DNA of 64,000 nt from Bacteroidales bacterium (GTDB lineage Bacteria; Bacteroidota; Bacteroidia; Bacteroidales; WCHB1-69). Positions 36,454 through 47,079 of this stretch are shown piece by piece (position 1 is the first letter of the stretch; every line of letters begins with the position of its first letter). Below the pieces are notes generated by a model that saw only the letters and a program-made list of their open reading frames with translations, was not told where the DNA came from and did not search any database. The position numbers and the translations under genes are program-made. The stretch covers positions 32,571 to 96,570 of the forward strand of contig JAFZXM010000043.1 of assembly GCA_017616775.1 (NCBI GenBank), given 5' to 3'.

Positions 36454-37332
36454 TTATTGTTGATTAACAATTGTCTGAATATGGTTGGCCATGGCTTCCA
36501 TCAGCCATAGGGGAGTGGAGGTGGCTCCGCATATGCCTGCGCTTCGGGCTTGGGAAAACCATGCTTTGTCTATTTTGTCAACAGATGAAACCAAATGGCT
36601 GTTGGCGTTGACCGACAGGCATATATTGAATAAAACCATGCCGTTTGAACTTTTGGCCCCCGAAACAAAAATGATAACATCATGGGCTTCGGCAAATTTT
36701 TTCAAACTTTCTTCTCTATTGGACACTTGCCGGCAAATGGTGTCATACCATATAAAATCATAATTGTCGTTATGTTGCCGGTATTTGTTTTCTATGGCCT
36801 CGGCAATGATTTTATAGGTGTGAAGATTTTGGGTGGTTTGAGCATACAATCTCATGGGGGCATTGTAATTGAGATGCTCTATTTCTTCCAAAGAGGATAT
36901 GACAATGGCGGTGTTGTCGGTTTGTCCCACTAGGCCTATTACTTCGGCATGCCCTTTTTTTCCGTATATGACCACTTGGCCGTTTTTTGCCCGCATTTGT
37001 TGACAACCTTCCTTCACTTGTTTTTGCAAATGCAGCACCACAGTGCAGGTGGCATCGATAATGGTATTGTGATTTTGTGCCGCCAAGGCATAGGTGGAAG
37101 GGGGTTCTCCGTGGGCACGTATGAGTATTGGTTGGTGTTGTATGCTTTGTAACTGATGTAAATCTATTACATCCATGCCCAACTTTTTCAAACGGCATAC
37201 TTCCTCATTGTTATGTACAATATCTCCCAAACAATACACATGATGATGTGTTTGCAAAGCCTGCTCGGCGGCAGCGATGGCTTTTACCACCCCGAAACAA
37301 AAACCTGAATGAGGGTCTATGCTTATTTTCAT
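36454..37332 (-). CDS. ispH: 4-hydroxy-3-methylbut-2-enyl diphosphate reductase
   Basis: GFCFGVVKAI at the N-terminus, conserved Cys residues and HGEP. It is 292 aa long. Confidence 0.95.
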   Translation of the reverse strand: MKISIDPHSGFCFGVVKAIAAAEQALQTHHHVYCLGDIVHNNEEVCRLKKLGMDVIDLHQLQSIQHQPILIRAHGEPPSTYALAAQNHNTIIDATCTVVLHLQKQVKEGCQQMRAKNGQVVIYGKKGHAEVIGLVGQTDNTAIVISSLEEIEHLNYNAPMRLYAQTTQNLHTYKIIAEAIENKYRQHNDNYDFIWYDTICRQVSNREESLKKFAEAHDVIIFVSGAKSSNGMVLFNICLSVNANSHLVSSVDKIDKAWFSQARSAGICGATSTPLWLMEAMANHIQTIVNQQ

Positions 37333-38300
37333 ATGGATTGTAAAGGTGTGTCATCAAAGATGGAATGTACGAAATCCATGCGGTTGAATGCTTGCAAATC
37401 TTCTGTTTTTTCGCCTATTCCTATATATTTTATGGGTATTTGCAACGAATCGCTGATGCCTATTACCACGCCGCCTTTGGCGGTGCCGTCTAATTTTGTG
37501 ACGGCCAATGCGTTGATATCCGTTGCGGCAGAAAATTGTTTGGCTTGTTCTATGGCATTTTGTCCGGTGGTGGCATCCAATACCAATAATATTTCATGCG
37601 GAGCGTCTGGAATGAGCTTGGACATCACATTTTTTATCTTGGTGAGCTCGTTCATGAGGTTGATTCTGTTGTGTAAACGACCTGCGGTATCGATAATCAC
37701 CACGTCTGTCTGCTTGGCAATAGCCGAGTTAAGCGTGTCGTAGGCAACGGCGGCAGGGTCTGCCCCCATGTTTTGCGTAACAATAGGCACATCCACCCTT
37801 TGCGACCATATTTTCAGCTGATCCACGGCGGCGGCTCTGAAAGTGTCGGCAGCACCTAACATCACCTTGTAATTCCTGGTTTTGAATTTGTAGGCCAATT
37901 TGCCTATAGTGGTGGTTTTCCCTACACCGTTGACACCCACCACCATGATTACGTAAGGCTTGTGTCCGGAAGGAAGAGTGAAAGGATCGGCATCCTGATC
38001 GGGAGCCAATGCCAGCATGTCGGATATTTCTTCTCTCAGGATGTTGTTTAATTCTTTGGTGCCCAAATATTTGTCTTTAGCCACACGGGCGTTGATGCGG
38101 TCTATTATTTTTAAAGTGGTGTCCACCCCGACATCGGAAGAGATAAGAATTTCTTCCAAATTGTCCAAAACATCATCATCTATAGTGCTTTTGCCGACAA
38201 TGGCACGTGAAATTTTTTGAAAAAAACTTTCTTTGGTTTTTTGTAAACCTTTATCCAACTCGTTTTGAGTCTCCTTTTTAAAAAAAGATAATATTCCCAT
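37329..38300 (-). CDS. ftsY: signal recognition particle receptor FtsY
   Basis: GVNGVGKTTTIGK, DTAGR and TKLDGTAKGG. The start is moved to the ATG at 38300 (MGILSFFKK), because the tracked upstream extension reads through tRNA-Gly. Confidence 0.9.
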   Translation of the reverse strand: MGILSFFKKETQNELDKGLQKTKESFFQKISRAIVGKSTIDDDVLDNLEEILISSDVGVDTTLKIIDRINARVAKDKYLGTKELNNILREEISDMLALAPDQDADPFTLPSGHKPYVIMVVGVNGVGKTTTIGKLAYKFKTRNYKVMLGAADTFRAAAVDQLKIWSQRVDVPIVTQNMGADPAAVAYDTLNSAIAKQTDVVIIDTAGRLHNRINLMNELTKIKNVMSKLIPDAPHEILLVLDATTGQNAIEQAKQFSAATDINALAVTKLDGTAKGGVVIGISDSLQIPIKYIGIGEKTEDLQAFNRMDFVHSIFDDTPLQSI

Positions 38301-38314
38301 AATGTGAATGTTAG

Positions 38315-38386
38315 AGCGGAAAACGGGACTCGAACCCGCAACCCTCAGCTTGGGAAGCTGATGCTCTGCCATTGAGCTACTTCCGC
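38315..38386 (-). tRNA. tRNA-Gly (anticodon CCC)
   Basis: The reverse complement folds by hand. Acceptor GCGGAAG/TTTCCGC. Anticodon stem TCAGC/GCTGA with loop TTCCCAA. T-arm GCGGG-TTCGAGT-CCCGT. CAAAGATA at 38404-38411 gives a -7 box. Confidence 0.9.
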
Positions 38387-38534
38387 TTGAATAAGCATTT
38401 GGCAAAGATACCATATTTTTTTGAATAATTGTTATCATTACGGTTAAAAAAATGGTTGAAAAAATATGGAAAATTTTGTCGGCTTATTCTTTTTTTTAGT
38501 ATCTTTGTAATTTAGTGTAATATGCATTTTGTAT

Positions 38535-39989
38535 ATGAAAAGCCGGAGAAAAAGTAGAATAATTGTTTTATTGTTGGCGGGTTTGGTGTGGAGTAATGTG
38601 TTTGTAAATAAATGCTTTGCATTTAACGTGCCGGCATATGCGAATGCCGCCGCCTCAGGTAAACAAACATTGCGCATAAGTTTTAATTATTTGCAATTTG
38701 AGCTCAATAGTGATTCGGTATATGCGGAATTGCAATTTTTGGTGTGGGGTAATAGCATAAAATACGAATTGCAAAACGGAAAATATTACGGTCAGGTAAA
38801 TGTGAATGCCTGTTTTATTCCGGAATCCGGGGCAGACACCATAAAATTATCGGCTAAAATTTTTTCCGAAGCATTTGACGATAGTGTTACGGCGGCACAA
38901 AATAATATATATGATTTACTCCGCATAGCCATGCCGAAAGGAAAATATCTCATGGTTTTGGAGGTGGCGGATAATTATCAGGACGGTGAAAGCCTGCGGT
39001 TTTCCGATAATATGGATATGACTTTTGATAATCGCACAGTCCGGTTTTCATCCTTGCAGCCCATATCTTATATGAGTGCATCGGATGTCGGAGGAAAATA
39101 TGTTAAAAACGGCTGGGAATATGTGCCCTATTTTTCAACCTATTATCCTTCGGAAATTAATTCCATGGTGTATTGGATAGAAATATATCACACCAATGCC
39201 ATATTGGGAGAAAATGCAGAGTTCAAAGTGATTTCTTCCATAGTGGATGAAACTTCCGATTCGGTGTATATGCGTAAAGAAAAAAAATACACATCACAGG
39301 CAAGTATATTCATGCAGCAAGCTTACGATATAGAAATGTTGCCCACAGGCAATTATTTATTGAAATTGGAGGTAAAAGACATGCAAGACACCCTGCACGC
39401 CTGCACTTCCCATTTTTTTCAGCGGAACAATGTTACGGTTAACAACGATTCTGACAGGGTGGCCTCCATGTTTGATTATGATACTTTAAAGCGGTATTTT
39501 GATTATATATCAGTAATAGCCACCACTAAAGAACGGCAGTTTATAGATAATTTTTCCGAAGAACAATTGGCGGAAGGAGGGTGGTTCTTTTATGAATTTT
39601 GGAAATCGAGAAATGCCGGATCCCCGCATGAGGCATGGTTTGAATTTTATAAAAAAGTGCAGCAGGTGAATAATAATTATTCCACCTTGCGGTATAAAGG
39701 ATATAAAACAGACAGGGGGCAATGTTATTTGAAATACGGTCCGCCCACGGAAATAGAATATCACAATTTTGACGGGAATGCATATCCTTATGAAATATGG
39801 AGATATAATCAAGTGCCCAACGGACAGGTAAATGTATATTTCGTGTTTTATAATTTGGACCGCACCACTAAAGATTATCGTCTTTTGCATTCTACGGTGG
39901 ACGGGGAAGCCAAATTCCCCAATTGGGAAGAAGAGGTGCAGTCAGGAAAAGCACTCATGATAGAAAATACAGAACAATTTTCGCAATAA
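38535..39989 (+). CDS. GWxTD-domain-like secreted protein
   Basis: Signal peptide after MKSRRKSRIIVLLLAGLV. The C-terminal region YKGYKTDRGQCYLKYGPP resembles the GWxTD domain signature. The tracked start at 38529 is TTG and the first ATG is at 38535. Confidence 0.55.
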   Translation: MKSRRKSRIIVLLLAGLVWSNVFVNKCFAFNVPAYANAAASGKQTLRISFNYLQFELNSDSVYAELQFLVWGNSIKYELQNGKYYGQVNVNACFIPESGADTIKLSAKIFSEAFDDSVTAAQNNIYDLLRIAMPKGKYLMVLEVADNYQDGESLRFSDNMDMTFDNRTVRFSSLQPISYMSASDVGGKYVKNGWEYVPYFSTYYPSEINSMVYWIEIYHTNAILGENAEFKVISSIVDETSDSVYMRKEKKYTSQASIFMQQAYDIEMLPTGNYLLKLEVKDMQDTLHACTSHFFQRNNVTVNNDSDRVASMFDYDTLKRYFDYISVIATTKERQFIDNFSEEQLAEGGWFFYEFWKSRNAGSPHEAWFEFYKKVQQVNNNYSTLRYKGYKTDRGQCYLKYGPPTEIEYHNFDGNAYPYEIWRYNQVPNGQVNVYFVFYNLDRTTKDYRLLHSTVDGEAKFPNWEEEVQSGKALMIENTEQFSQ

Positions 39990-40000
39990 GGAGCAATGAT

Positions 40001-40612
40001 ATGTATGCGCATGTTGTAAAACGTTTTTTTGATATAATCAGCTCATTGACGGCTATCATGGTGTTGAGCCCTGTTATGTTGCTTATAGCATTGCTTGTCA
40101 AATGCACGTCAAAAGGTCCTGTATTGTATGTTCAACAAAGAGTGGGCTTGCATAATAAGGATTTTGCCATGTATAAGTTCAGAACCATGGCCGTGAATGC
40201 CGATAAAAAAGGTTTGCTTACCGTAGGGGAAAACGACAGCCGTATAACAGCAACAGGCCGCGTGTTGCGCAAAACCAAAATGGATGAATTACCGCAACTT
40301 TTTAACATACTCAAAGGGGATATGAGCGTGGTGGGGCCGCGTCCTGAAGTGCGTTATTATGTAAATTATTATACTGCAGAACAAATGAAGGTGCTGGAGG
40401 TGCGCCCCGGGCTTACCGATTTGGCCTCGTTGGCTTATATCAATGAAAATAAATTGTTAGCAACATGCGCGAATCCTCAACAAACATATATTGAAAAAAT
40501 AATGCAGGAAAAGTTGTCCTTGAATTTCGATTATATTCATAATATGTCCTTGGGAACGGATATGAAAATTATAGGAAAAACATTGCTGAAAATAATACAC
40601 AGTGAATCATGA
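40001..40612 (+). CDS. undecaprenyl-phosphate sugar phosphotransferase (bacterial sugar transferase family)
   Basis: KRFFDI, one TM segment, DELPQLFNILKGDMSVVGPRPE. The start is moved to the ATG at 40001. Confidence 0.85.
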   Translation: MYAHVVKRFFDIISSLTAIMVLSPVMLLIALLVKCTSKGPVLYVQQRVGLHNKDFAMYKFRTMAVNADKKGLLTVGENDSRITATGRVLRKTKMDELPQLFNILKGDMSVVGPRPEVRYYVNYYTAEQMKVLEVRPGLTDLASLAYINENKLLATCANPQQTYIEKIMQEKLSLNFDYIHNMSLGTDMKIIGKTLLKIIHSES

Positions 40613-41589
40613 CAATATTAAGCAATAAAAAAGTAGTAGTTACAGGGGGAGCCGGTTTTATAGGTTCCAATTTGTGTGAATATTTGTTGAAATATAATAA
40701 TAAAGTGGTGTGCCTGGATAATTTGTCCACAGGCAAGGTGTCGAATATTGAACATTTGCAGTCCTCCGGAAATTTTGAATTCATCTTGGGAGACATCCGC
40801 TCTTTGGATATTTGTCAAAAAGCGTGCAAAGGTGCGGATATTGTATTTCATGAAGCTGCATTGGGTTCGGTGCCGCGGTCGGTAAACGATCCTATATCCA
40901 CCAATGCGGTGAATATATCGGGAAGTTTAAACATGTTGGTGGCAGCCCGGGATGAAGGCGTAAAACGTTTTGTTTTCGCCACCAGCTCATCGGTTTATGG
41001 CGATTCCGAAACCTTACCCAAGGTGGAAGAGCAAATAGGGCAACCTCTGTCGCCTTATGCCCTCACCAAATATGTCAATGAATCGTACGCCCGGCTGTTT
41101 CACGATTTGTACGGAATGGATTATGTTGGCTTGCGGTATTTTAACGTGTTCGGCTATCGTCAGGATACGGAAAGCGTATATGCAGCCGTAATTCCGATAT
41201 TTGTAAAATCACTCATGCAGTTGCATTCTCCCGTTATCAACGGCGACGGCAGTTATTCACGAGATTTTACGTTTATAGACAATGTGCTGCAAATGAATAT
41301 GCTGGCTGCAACCACGGAGAATAAGTCCGCTTTGAATACCATTTATAATGTGGCCTGTGGCGATACCACCACATTAAACGATTTGGCCATGTATTTAAAA
41401 GATATTCTCAGCCGCTACAATCCCGAAATAGCCCATGTGGAAATATTGCACGGTGCAAACAGAAAAGGAGACATTCCTCATTCCAAGGCTTCTATAGCAA
41501 AAGCCGAAAAAATGTTGGGATATCATCCTGAATACAATGTGCGGCAGGGCTTGGAAAAAGCGTGTGAATGGTATGTCAAAAATTTATAA
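40609..41589 (+). CDS. NAD-dependent nucleotide-sugar epimerase (extended SDR, WbpP/TviC-like)
   Basis: VTGGAGFIGSNL Rossmann motif and SPYALTK (YxxxK). Confidence 0.85.
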   Translation: MTILSNKKVVVTGGAGFIGSNLCEYLLKYNNKVVCLDNLSTGKVSNIEHLQSSGNFEFILGDIRSLDICQKACKGADIVFHEAALGSVPRSVNDPISTNAVNISGSLNMLVAARDEGVKRFVFATSSSVYGDSETLPKVEEQIGQPLSPYALTKYVNESYARLFHDLYGMDYVGLRYFNVFGYRQDTESVYAAVIPIFVKSLMQLHSPVINGDGSYSRDFTFIDNVLQMNMLAATTENKSALNTIYNVACGDTTTLNDLAMYLKDILSRYNPEIAHVEILHGANRKGDIPHSKASIAKAEKMLGYHPEYNVRQGLEKACEWYVKNL

Positions 41590-41614
41590 AACAAGCATTT
41601 AAGTTAACAGAAAT

Positions 41615-42682
41615 ATGAATAAAAAAGTAGCTCTTATCACAGGTATCACCGGTCAGGACGGTTCGTTTTTGGCTGAGTTTTTGTTGGAAAAAGGGTATGA
41701 AGTGCATGGTACTTTGCGCCGCAGTTCCTCTTTCAATACAGGAAGAATAGAACATTTATATTTGGAAGAATGGGTGAGTGATATGAAGAAAAATCGCAAC
41801 ATCAATCTTCATTATTCCGACATGACCGATTCTTCGTCCTTGATACGCATCATTCAAACCATACAGCCGGACGAGATTTATAATCTGGCGGCACAATCGC
41901 ATGTGAAAGTGTCGTTTGAAGTGCCGGAATACACGGCAGATACCGATGCCATAGGCACATTGCGAATATTGGAAGCCATCCGCATGCTGGGTTTGGAAAA
42001 TAAAACCAAAGTATATCAGGCATCCACTTCCGAATTGTTCGGTAAGGTACAAGAGGTGCCGCAAAGCGAAACCACTCCCTTTTATCCGCGTTCGCCATAC
42101 GGGGTGGCTAAATTATACGGTTTTTGGATTACCAAAAATTATCGTGAAGCCTATAATATGTTTGCCGCCAACGGCATACTTTTTAACCATGAAAGCGAAC
42201 GCAGGGGCGAAACTTTCGTTACGCGTAAAATCACTTTGGCGGCAGCCCGCATTGCTCACGGTTTGCAAAAAAAATTGTATTTAGGCAATTTGTCTGCACA
42301 ACGCGATTGGGGCTATGCCAAAGATTATGTGGAGTGTATGTGGTTGATTTTGCAACAAGACCAGCCGGAAGATTTTGTTATAGCCACAGGGGAAATGCAT
42401 TCCGTGAGAGAATTTTGCACCAAGGCTTTTGCCTGCTGCGGCATAGAATTACAATGGCAAGGTGAAGGTGTGGAAGAAAAAGGTGTCAATAAAGTTACAG
42501 GAGAAGTGTTGGTGGAGGTAGACCCTCGCTATTTTCGTCCTGCCGAGGTGGAACAATTGTTGGGAAACCCCGCAAAAGCTAAACAAAAATTGGGATGGAA
42601 TCCCCGAAAAACCTCATTTGACGAGCTGATACGGATAATGACGGAATATGATATGCAAAACGTGGGTAAAAACATAAAATAA
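41615..42682 (+). CDS. gmd: GDP-mannose 4,6-dehydratase
   Basis: [28 protein letters not shown] and NHESERRG motifs. Confidence 0.95.
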   Translation: MNKKVALITGITGQDGSFLAEFLLEKGYEVHGTLRRSSSFNTGRIEHLYLEEWVSDMKKNRNINLHYSDMTDSSSLIRIIQTIQPDEIYNLAAQSHVKVSFEVPEYTADTDAIGTLRILEAIRMLGLENKTKVYQASTSELFGKVQEVPQSETTPFYPRSPYGVAKLYGFWITKNYREAYNMFAANGILFNHESERRGETFVTRKITLAAARIAHGLQKKLYLGNLSAQRDWGYAKDYVECMWLILQQDQPEDFVIATGEMHSVREFCTKAFACCGIELQWQGEGVEEKGVNKVTGEVLVEVDPRYFRPAEVEQLLGNPAKAKQKLGWNPRKTSFDELIRIMTEYDMQNVGKNIK

Positions 42683-42694
42683 TCAACAGGAATC

Positions 42695-43624
42695 ATGCAC
42701 AAACAGGCAAAAATATATGTGGCCGGTCATAAAGGCTTGGTGGGCTCTGCCATAGTAAGGTGTCTGCAAAAGAACGGATATGGTAATTTGGTGTTGCGCA
42801 CTTCAAAAGAGTTGGATTTGCGTCGTCAGGCGGAGGTGGAGCAATTTTTTGACATGGAACATCCGGAGTATGTGTTTTTGGCAGCAGCCAAGGTGGGCGG
42901 CATTCTGGCCAACTCAACCAGTCCTGCCGAATTTATCTATGATAATTTGATGATAGAGACGAATATTATTCATGCAGCCTATCAATATATGGTGAAAAAA
43001 CTTTTGTTTTTGGGCAGCTCCTGTATATATCCGCGCATGGCTGTGCAACCTATCAAAGAAGAATATCTGCTCAGCGATTATTTGGAAACCACCAACGAGG
43101 CCTATGCCATAGCAAAAATTACGGGTATAGAATTATGTAAGTTCTATCGCAGACAATATGCTTGCGATTTTATTTCGGCCATGCCGACAAATTTATACGG
43201 TATCAATGATAATTTCGATTTGCAAACATCGCATGTGCTGCCTGCATTGATACGGAAATTTCATGAAGCAAAGGTGAATCACGCCCCGCATGTAACCTTA
43301 TGGGGCACGGGGACTCCTTTGCGGGAATTTATGTATGTGGATGATTTGGCAGATGCACTTTTGCATTTAATGTTGCATTATAGCGATGAATTGCATGTGA
43401 ATGTGGGAACGGGAGAGGACTTGAGTATATCGCAAGTGGCGCAAATTGTCAAAGATGTGGTTGGTTACAAAGGTGAAATACAATATGATACCTCCAAGCC
43501 GGATGGAACACCGCGCAAATTGTTGGATGTGAGTTTGCTCAATCGAACAGGATATCATTATACCACCTCTCTGCGTAAAGGAATAGAGCTGGTGTATGAA
43601 TGGTATTTACAGCAAAACAAGTAA
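42695..43624 (+). CDS. fcl: GDP-L-fucose synthase
   Basis: VAGHKGLVGSAI, LGSSCIYP and YAIAK motifs. It immediately follows gmd. Confidence 0.9.
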   Translation: MHKQAKIYVAGHKGLVGSAIVRCLQKNGYGNLVLRTSKELDLRRQAEVEQFFDMEHPEYVFLAAAKVGGILANSTSPAEFIYDNLMIETNIIHAAYQYMVKKLLFLGSSCIYPRMAVQPIKEEYLLSDYLETTNEAYAIAKITGIELCKFYRRQYACDFISAMPTNLYGINDNFDLQTSHVLPALIRKFHEAKVNHAPHVTLWGTGTPLREFMYVDDLADALLHLMLHYSDELHVNVGTGEDLSISQVAQIVKDVVGYKGEIQYDTSKPDGTPRKLLDVSLLNRTGYHYTTSLRKGIELVYEWYLQQNK

Positions 43625-43630
43625 ATAATT

Positions 43631-46240
43631 ATGCAACGGAATAGTCGTTTTTGGGTAGTATTATTCATGTTGAGCAGCATAGCGGCTAATGCTCAGCATC
43701 GCTATAAGGTAAAGATAGTGGATTTACAGTCCGAGCCGGTAGAGTATACCCGAATGAAGTTAGTTAATAATGATTGTGATACTACTTATCTTGACTGGAG
43801 AGGAATTTTCTCCATAAAACTATCCGATACGGCTAAAGTAAAATTAATAATAAGCAGAAAGGGCAACAAAGACGAAATTATTACCATTCAGCCTGAGCAG
43901 ATAGCTCAAAGTAACGATACTACCATTTTTCAGCATGTGTTGCTGTTCGGAAATGAAAATATACGTTATGACGATGAACCCGTGGTGCTTCATACCGCAT
44001 ATTATCAAGCAGGATATAAAAATGCCGTCGCTTACGGCATACTGAAAAAAGATGATCCTTATGATGCAGTGGCGGCAGCTCATTGGCTGCAGTCGGGCTT
44101 TCGCAAGCGTAACTATTCTTCCGAATATCAAACCGTGTGTATCAACGGCATGGAGGTTAATGATTTGTCAACAGGAGCCGTGAATACCTCCTCTTGGAGC
44201 GGACTTTACAGCATACTGCAACCTGCCGACTATACAAATAGGTTTTTCCCGTTCGGAAGTGAAATTAATAATATAGGCGGTGCGGTGGATTATAATGTCA
44301 AAGCGGAGAATTATGATAAAGGAGGTCTTTTGCATTATGGCATCAGCAATATCTCCGCTGTTAATCACCTTACCGCTTTCGGAGCTACGGGTACAAATAC
44401 CGGTTTTTCCGCCGCAGCGGAATTCTCCGCCCAATTTGGAAAAGAAGGTTATGTGCAAGGAACATCAAATTATACTTATTCCTATTTTTTATCTTTGCAA
44501 CAAACCAAACGGCGTCATATGTTCTCGCTTGTGGGATTGGGAAGTTGGGCTCAACGGGGATTGGTAACGGGATCAGCCGATATTTTTAACAAGGCATTGC
44601 GTACCTATTATTACAACCAAGCATGGGGTTACCAAAGTAACAAAAAACGGAATGCAAACATGTACACTTGTCATGAGCCGATAATTGTATTTAAGCATGA
44701 ATGGGTGATAGATGATAATTCAATGTGGAGAACTTCTTTCGGAACCCGATTCGGCGTGAATAGATTGTCGGTTTTGGATTGGCAAAATGCCGCCAATCCG
44801 TATCCTACCGCCCATAATATAGATGGCGGTGATTATGAAGAAATCTTGTCAAGATGGTATGTCAATTATAATATCAGCCGTTTGAATTGGGATAATATGT
44901 ATCAAACCAATTACCTCATGGCTGACAACGGAATGCCTTCTGTGTATGCGTTGGGAAATGAAACATCCAAGCATTATCAGTTGTCTTTGTCCTCAGAGTT
45001 TCAAACAGTTGTGCATAATTGTTGTAGGTCAGGAAGATTAATAGCTATTACAGCCGGTATGCAAATGCAATATCAAAATGTCCGAAATTATAAGTCCATG
45101 CTTGATTTGTTGGGAGGCAGTTATTGGTTGTCGGAACCGGTTGCCAATAAATTTGACAGTATATCGGAAGGTAATGTTTACGACTATGATTATAATATCC
45201 GCACATGGAATGAAAAAGCATGGTTCTCGGCAGAATTCTATTGTCATAGATTCAAATTTTTCGTGAGAACCAATTTGGGCGCTCAACATATCCGGAGAAA
45301 AGAAAATATGCCCGGCATCAGTCCAGCAATAGGAAAAGATAAGCATCGCACTAATGGTAAAGATTATATTTATGGAGGTATATACTTTGGCGGAAATGTA
45401 GAAATGTCAAAGCGTAATGATCTTTGTTTTAGGTTATTATGGCAAGTGATGCCGGTGTCGGCCGAAAATACCTATTTAACACCGCGTTATTCGTCTTTAA
45501 CGCTTGCCGGTGTTAAACCGATGAACAATTTGGCAGGAGAAGTTTCGTATAACTTGAAACATAGAAGAATACATGCTCGCGTTACGGGTTATATGCACTA
45601 TGAATGGAATCATAGTATGGTGTCGTCTTTTCATAGTGATACCGGCAGCGACCTTGTACAGCAAGGTAGAATTGTAAATGTTGTCAACGCCGGAGTGGAA
45701 GCGGGTGTGGATGTAAAGTTGATGAATTATCTTACTTGTTTTGGTGCCGCCAACTGGCATATCAGCAAGTATACTAAAATTCAAATACATGAACCCTGTA
45801 TTGTGGATGATATTATGTATGATATGTTTATCGGAACATTTACTCACTATTATCCGAAGCCTCATTCGCTGTGGTATGCCACATTAGGACTGAAATTTGC
45901 CCACCCTACCATGTGGTATGCCGAATTGGCATGTAATTATTTTTCAGGGCAAACCTATGTATATATTCCCATGGAGAACCCTATTGTGATTTTGTCTGAA
46001 GACCCGTATTATGTACATGGTCGCTCCGGTGGCTTTACCGTGGATGTACAACTGGGCAAAATATTTGCCATCCGCAAAGCAAAATTGGATATTAATCTGA
46101 AAGTAAATAATTTATTGAATAATAAACATATTGTTAATGCTATGTACGGAGTGAAAACCCAAAATTATATGTTGAGTCAGTATAGATATAGTTATATGTA
46201 TGGATTAATGTTTACTTTTGGAGCTACTTTACATTTATAA
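43631..46240 (+). CDS. large outer-membrane beta-barrel protein, TonB-dependent-receptor-like with N-terminal carboxypeptidase-regulatory-like domain
   Basis: An 869-aa protein with a signal peptide ending ANAQ, an N-terminal YKVKIVD beta-sandwich-like start and long alternating aromatic/Gly segments. The plug motifs are not clear. Confidence 0.55.
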   Translation: MQRNSRFWVVLFMLSSIAANAQHRYKVKIVDLQSEPVEYTRMKLVNNDCDTTYLDWRGIFSIKLSDTAKVKLIISRKGNKDEIITIQPEQIAQSNDTTIFQHVLLFGNENIRYDDEPVVLHTAYYQAGYKNAVAYGILKKDDPYDAVAAAHWLQSGFRKRNYSSEYQTVCINGMEVNDLSTGAVNTSSWSGLYSILQPADYTNRFFPFGSEINNIGGAVDYNVKAENYDKGGLLHYGISNISAVNHLTAFGATGTNTGFSAAAEFSAQFGKEGYVQGTSNYTYSYFLSLQQTKRRHMFSLVGLGSWAQRGLVTGSADIFNKALRTYYYNQAWGYQSNKKRNANMYTCHEPIIVFKHEWVIDDNSMWRTSFGTRFGVNRLSVLDWQNAANPYPTAHNIDGGDYEEILSRWYVNYNISRLNWDNMYQTNYLMADNGMPSVYALGNETSKHYQLSLSSEFQTVVHNCCRSGRLIAITAGMQMQYQNVRNYKSMLDLLGGSYWLSEPVANKFDSISEGNVYDYDYNIRTWNEKAWFSAEFYCHRFKFFVRTNLGAQHIRRKENMPGISPAIGKDKHRTNGKDYIYGGIYFGGNVEMSKRNDLCFRLLWQVMPVSAENTYLTPRYSSLTLAGVKPMNNLAGEVSYNLKHRRIHARVTGYMHYEWNHSMVSSFHSDTGSDLVQQGRIVNVVNAGVEAGVDVKLMNYLTCFGAANWHISKYTKIQIHEPCIVDDIMYDMFIGTFTHYYPKPHSLWYATLGLKFAHPTMWYAELACNYFSGQTYVYIPMENPIVILSEDPYYVHGRSGGFTVDVQLGKIFAIRKAKLDINLKVNNLLNNKHIVNAMYGVKTQNYMLSQYRYSYMYGLMFTFGATLHL

Positions 46241-46241
46241 T

Positions 46242-47006
46242 ATGAAATCAATGAAAAAAATAGGAAGTTTGTTGTTGTTGTCGGTGTTGATTTGCTCTTG
46301 TGAGAAATATGATATACCGAAAGAAGAAGTACCGCAATACAAAGGGGAGCCTGCTAATGCCACCATAGCGGAAATACAACAAATGGCAACGGATAGTAAT
46401 ATCTATAGCTTGGATACCGGTGTGATAATAAAATGTGTGGTGATAGGGAATGATATAGAAAGAAATATTGAAGGTAAAATATATGTACAAGATGCCACAG
46501 GAGGTTATGCCATATTGCTTTCACGGCCATATACCTATTGCCGATATCCTATCGGACAAACACTTTTTGTGCAATGCGGGTCGTTGTTGGTGAATCCGCA
46601 TCCGGAACAATTGTTTTTGGCAATGCCTTTTTATGGGGCAAATGGTTACCGAGGTATATGGGAAAATGAGGAATCGGCTATATTATACAAGCACGGAAAG
46701 CCCGCAATAGTGGAACCGACGGAAATAAGCTCTCCCTTGGATTCCAATTACGATAAAATACATACGCTGGTGCATTTCTCCGATGTGAAATTTGTACTAA
46801 ACGACAGCAATGCAGCTCATCTTGTTTGTTATATACATCCGCAAAGCGGTGAAAGGCTTCAATTAATCGTTTCGTCACAAGCTTATTTTGGACAAAAAAA
46901 CCTGCCGACAGGAAAATGCGACATTACCGGTGTGCTGATTCGTAAAGAAGGGGAATGGGCATTGGTGATGAGAAAGTGGAGCGATATTGAAGAAAGAAAC
47001 GAATAA
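46242..47006 (+). CDS. lipoprotein with OB-fold-like segment (resembles the DUF5689 family from memory)
   Basis: The ATG at 46242 gives MKSMKKIGSLLLLSVLICSCEK (lipobox). It also has TIAEIQQM...GKIYVQDATGGYAILL. The start lies 2 nt after the barrel gene stop. Confidence 0.55.
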   Translation: MKSMKKIGSLLLLSVLICSCEKYDIPKEEVPQYKGEPANATIAEIQQMATDSNIYSLDTGVIIKCVVIGNDIERNIEGKIYVQDATGGYAILLSRPYTYCRYPIGQTLFVQCGSLLVNPHPEQLFLAMPFYGANGYRGIWENEESAILYKHGKPAIVEPTEISSPLDSNYDKIHTLVHFSDVKFVLNDSNAAHLVCYIHPQSGERLQLIVSSQAYFGQKNLPTGKCDITGVLIRKEGEWALVMRKWSDIEERNE

Positions 47007-47079
47007 AGAAAACGAAAAATTAAGCAGTGAATAATAAATAGTAAAAAACAACGTTAAATCAGTAATAAATATAATAGCC

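Noticed and set aside
38301-38438. The tracked N-terminal extension of FtsY (start at 38438).
   Set aside because: The extension reads straight through tRNA-Gly (38315-38386); the peptide AEHQLPKLRVAGSSPVFRS is just the translated tRNA. The ATG at 38300 gives a normal FtsY N-terminus.
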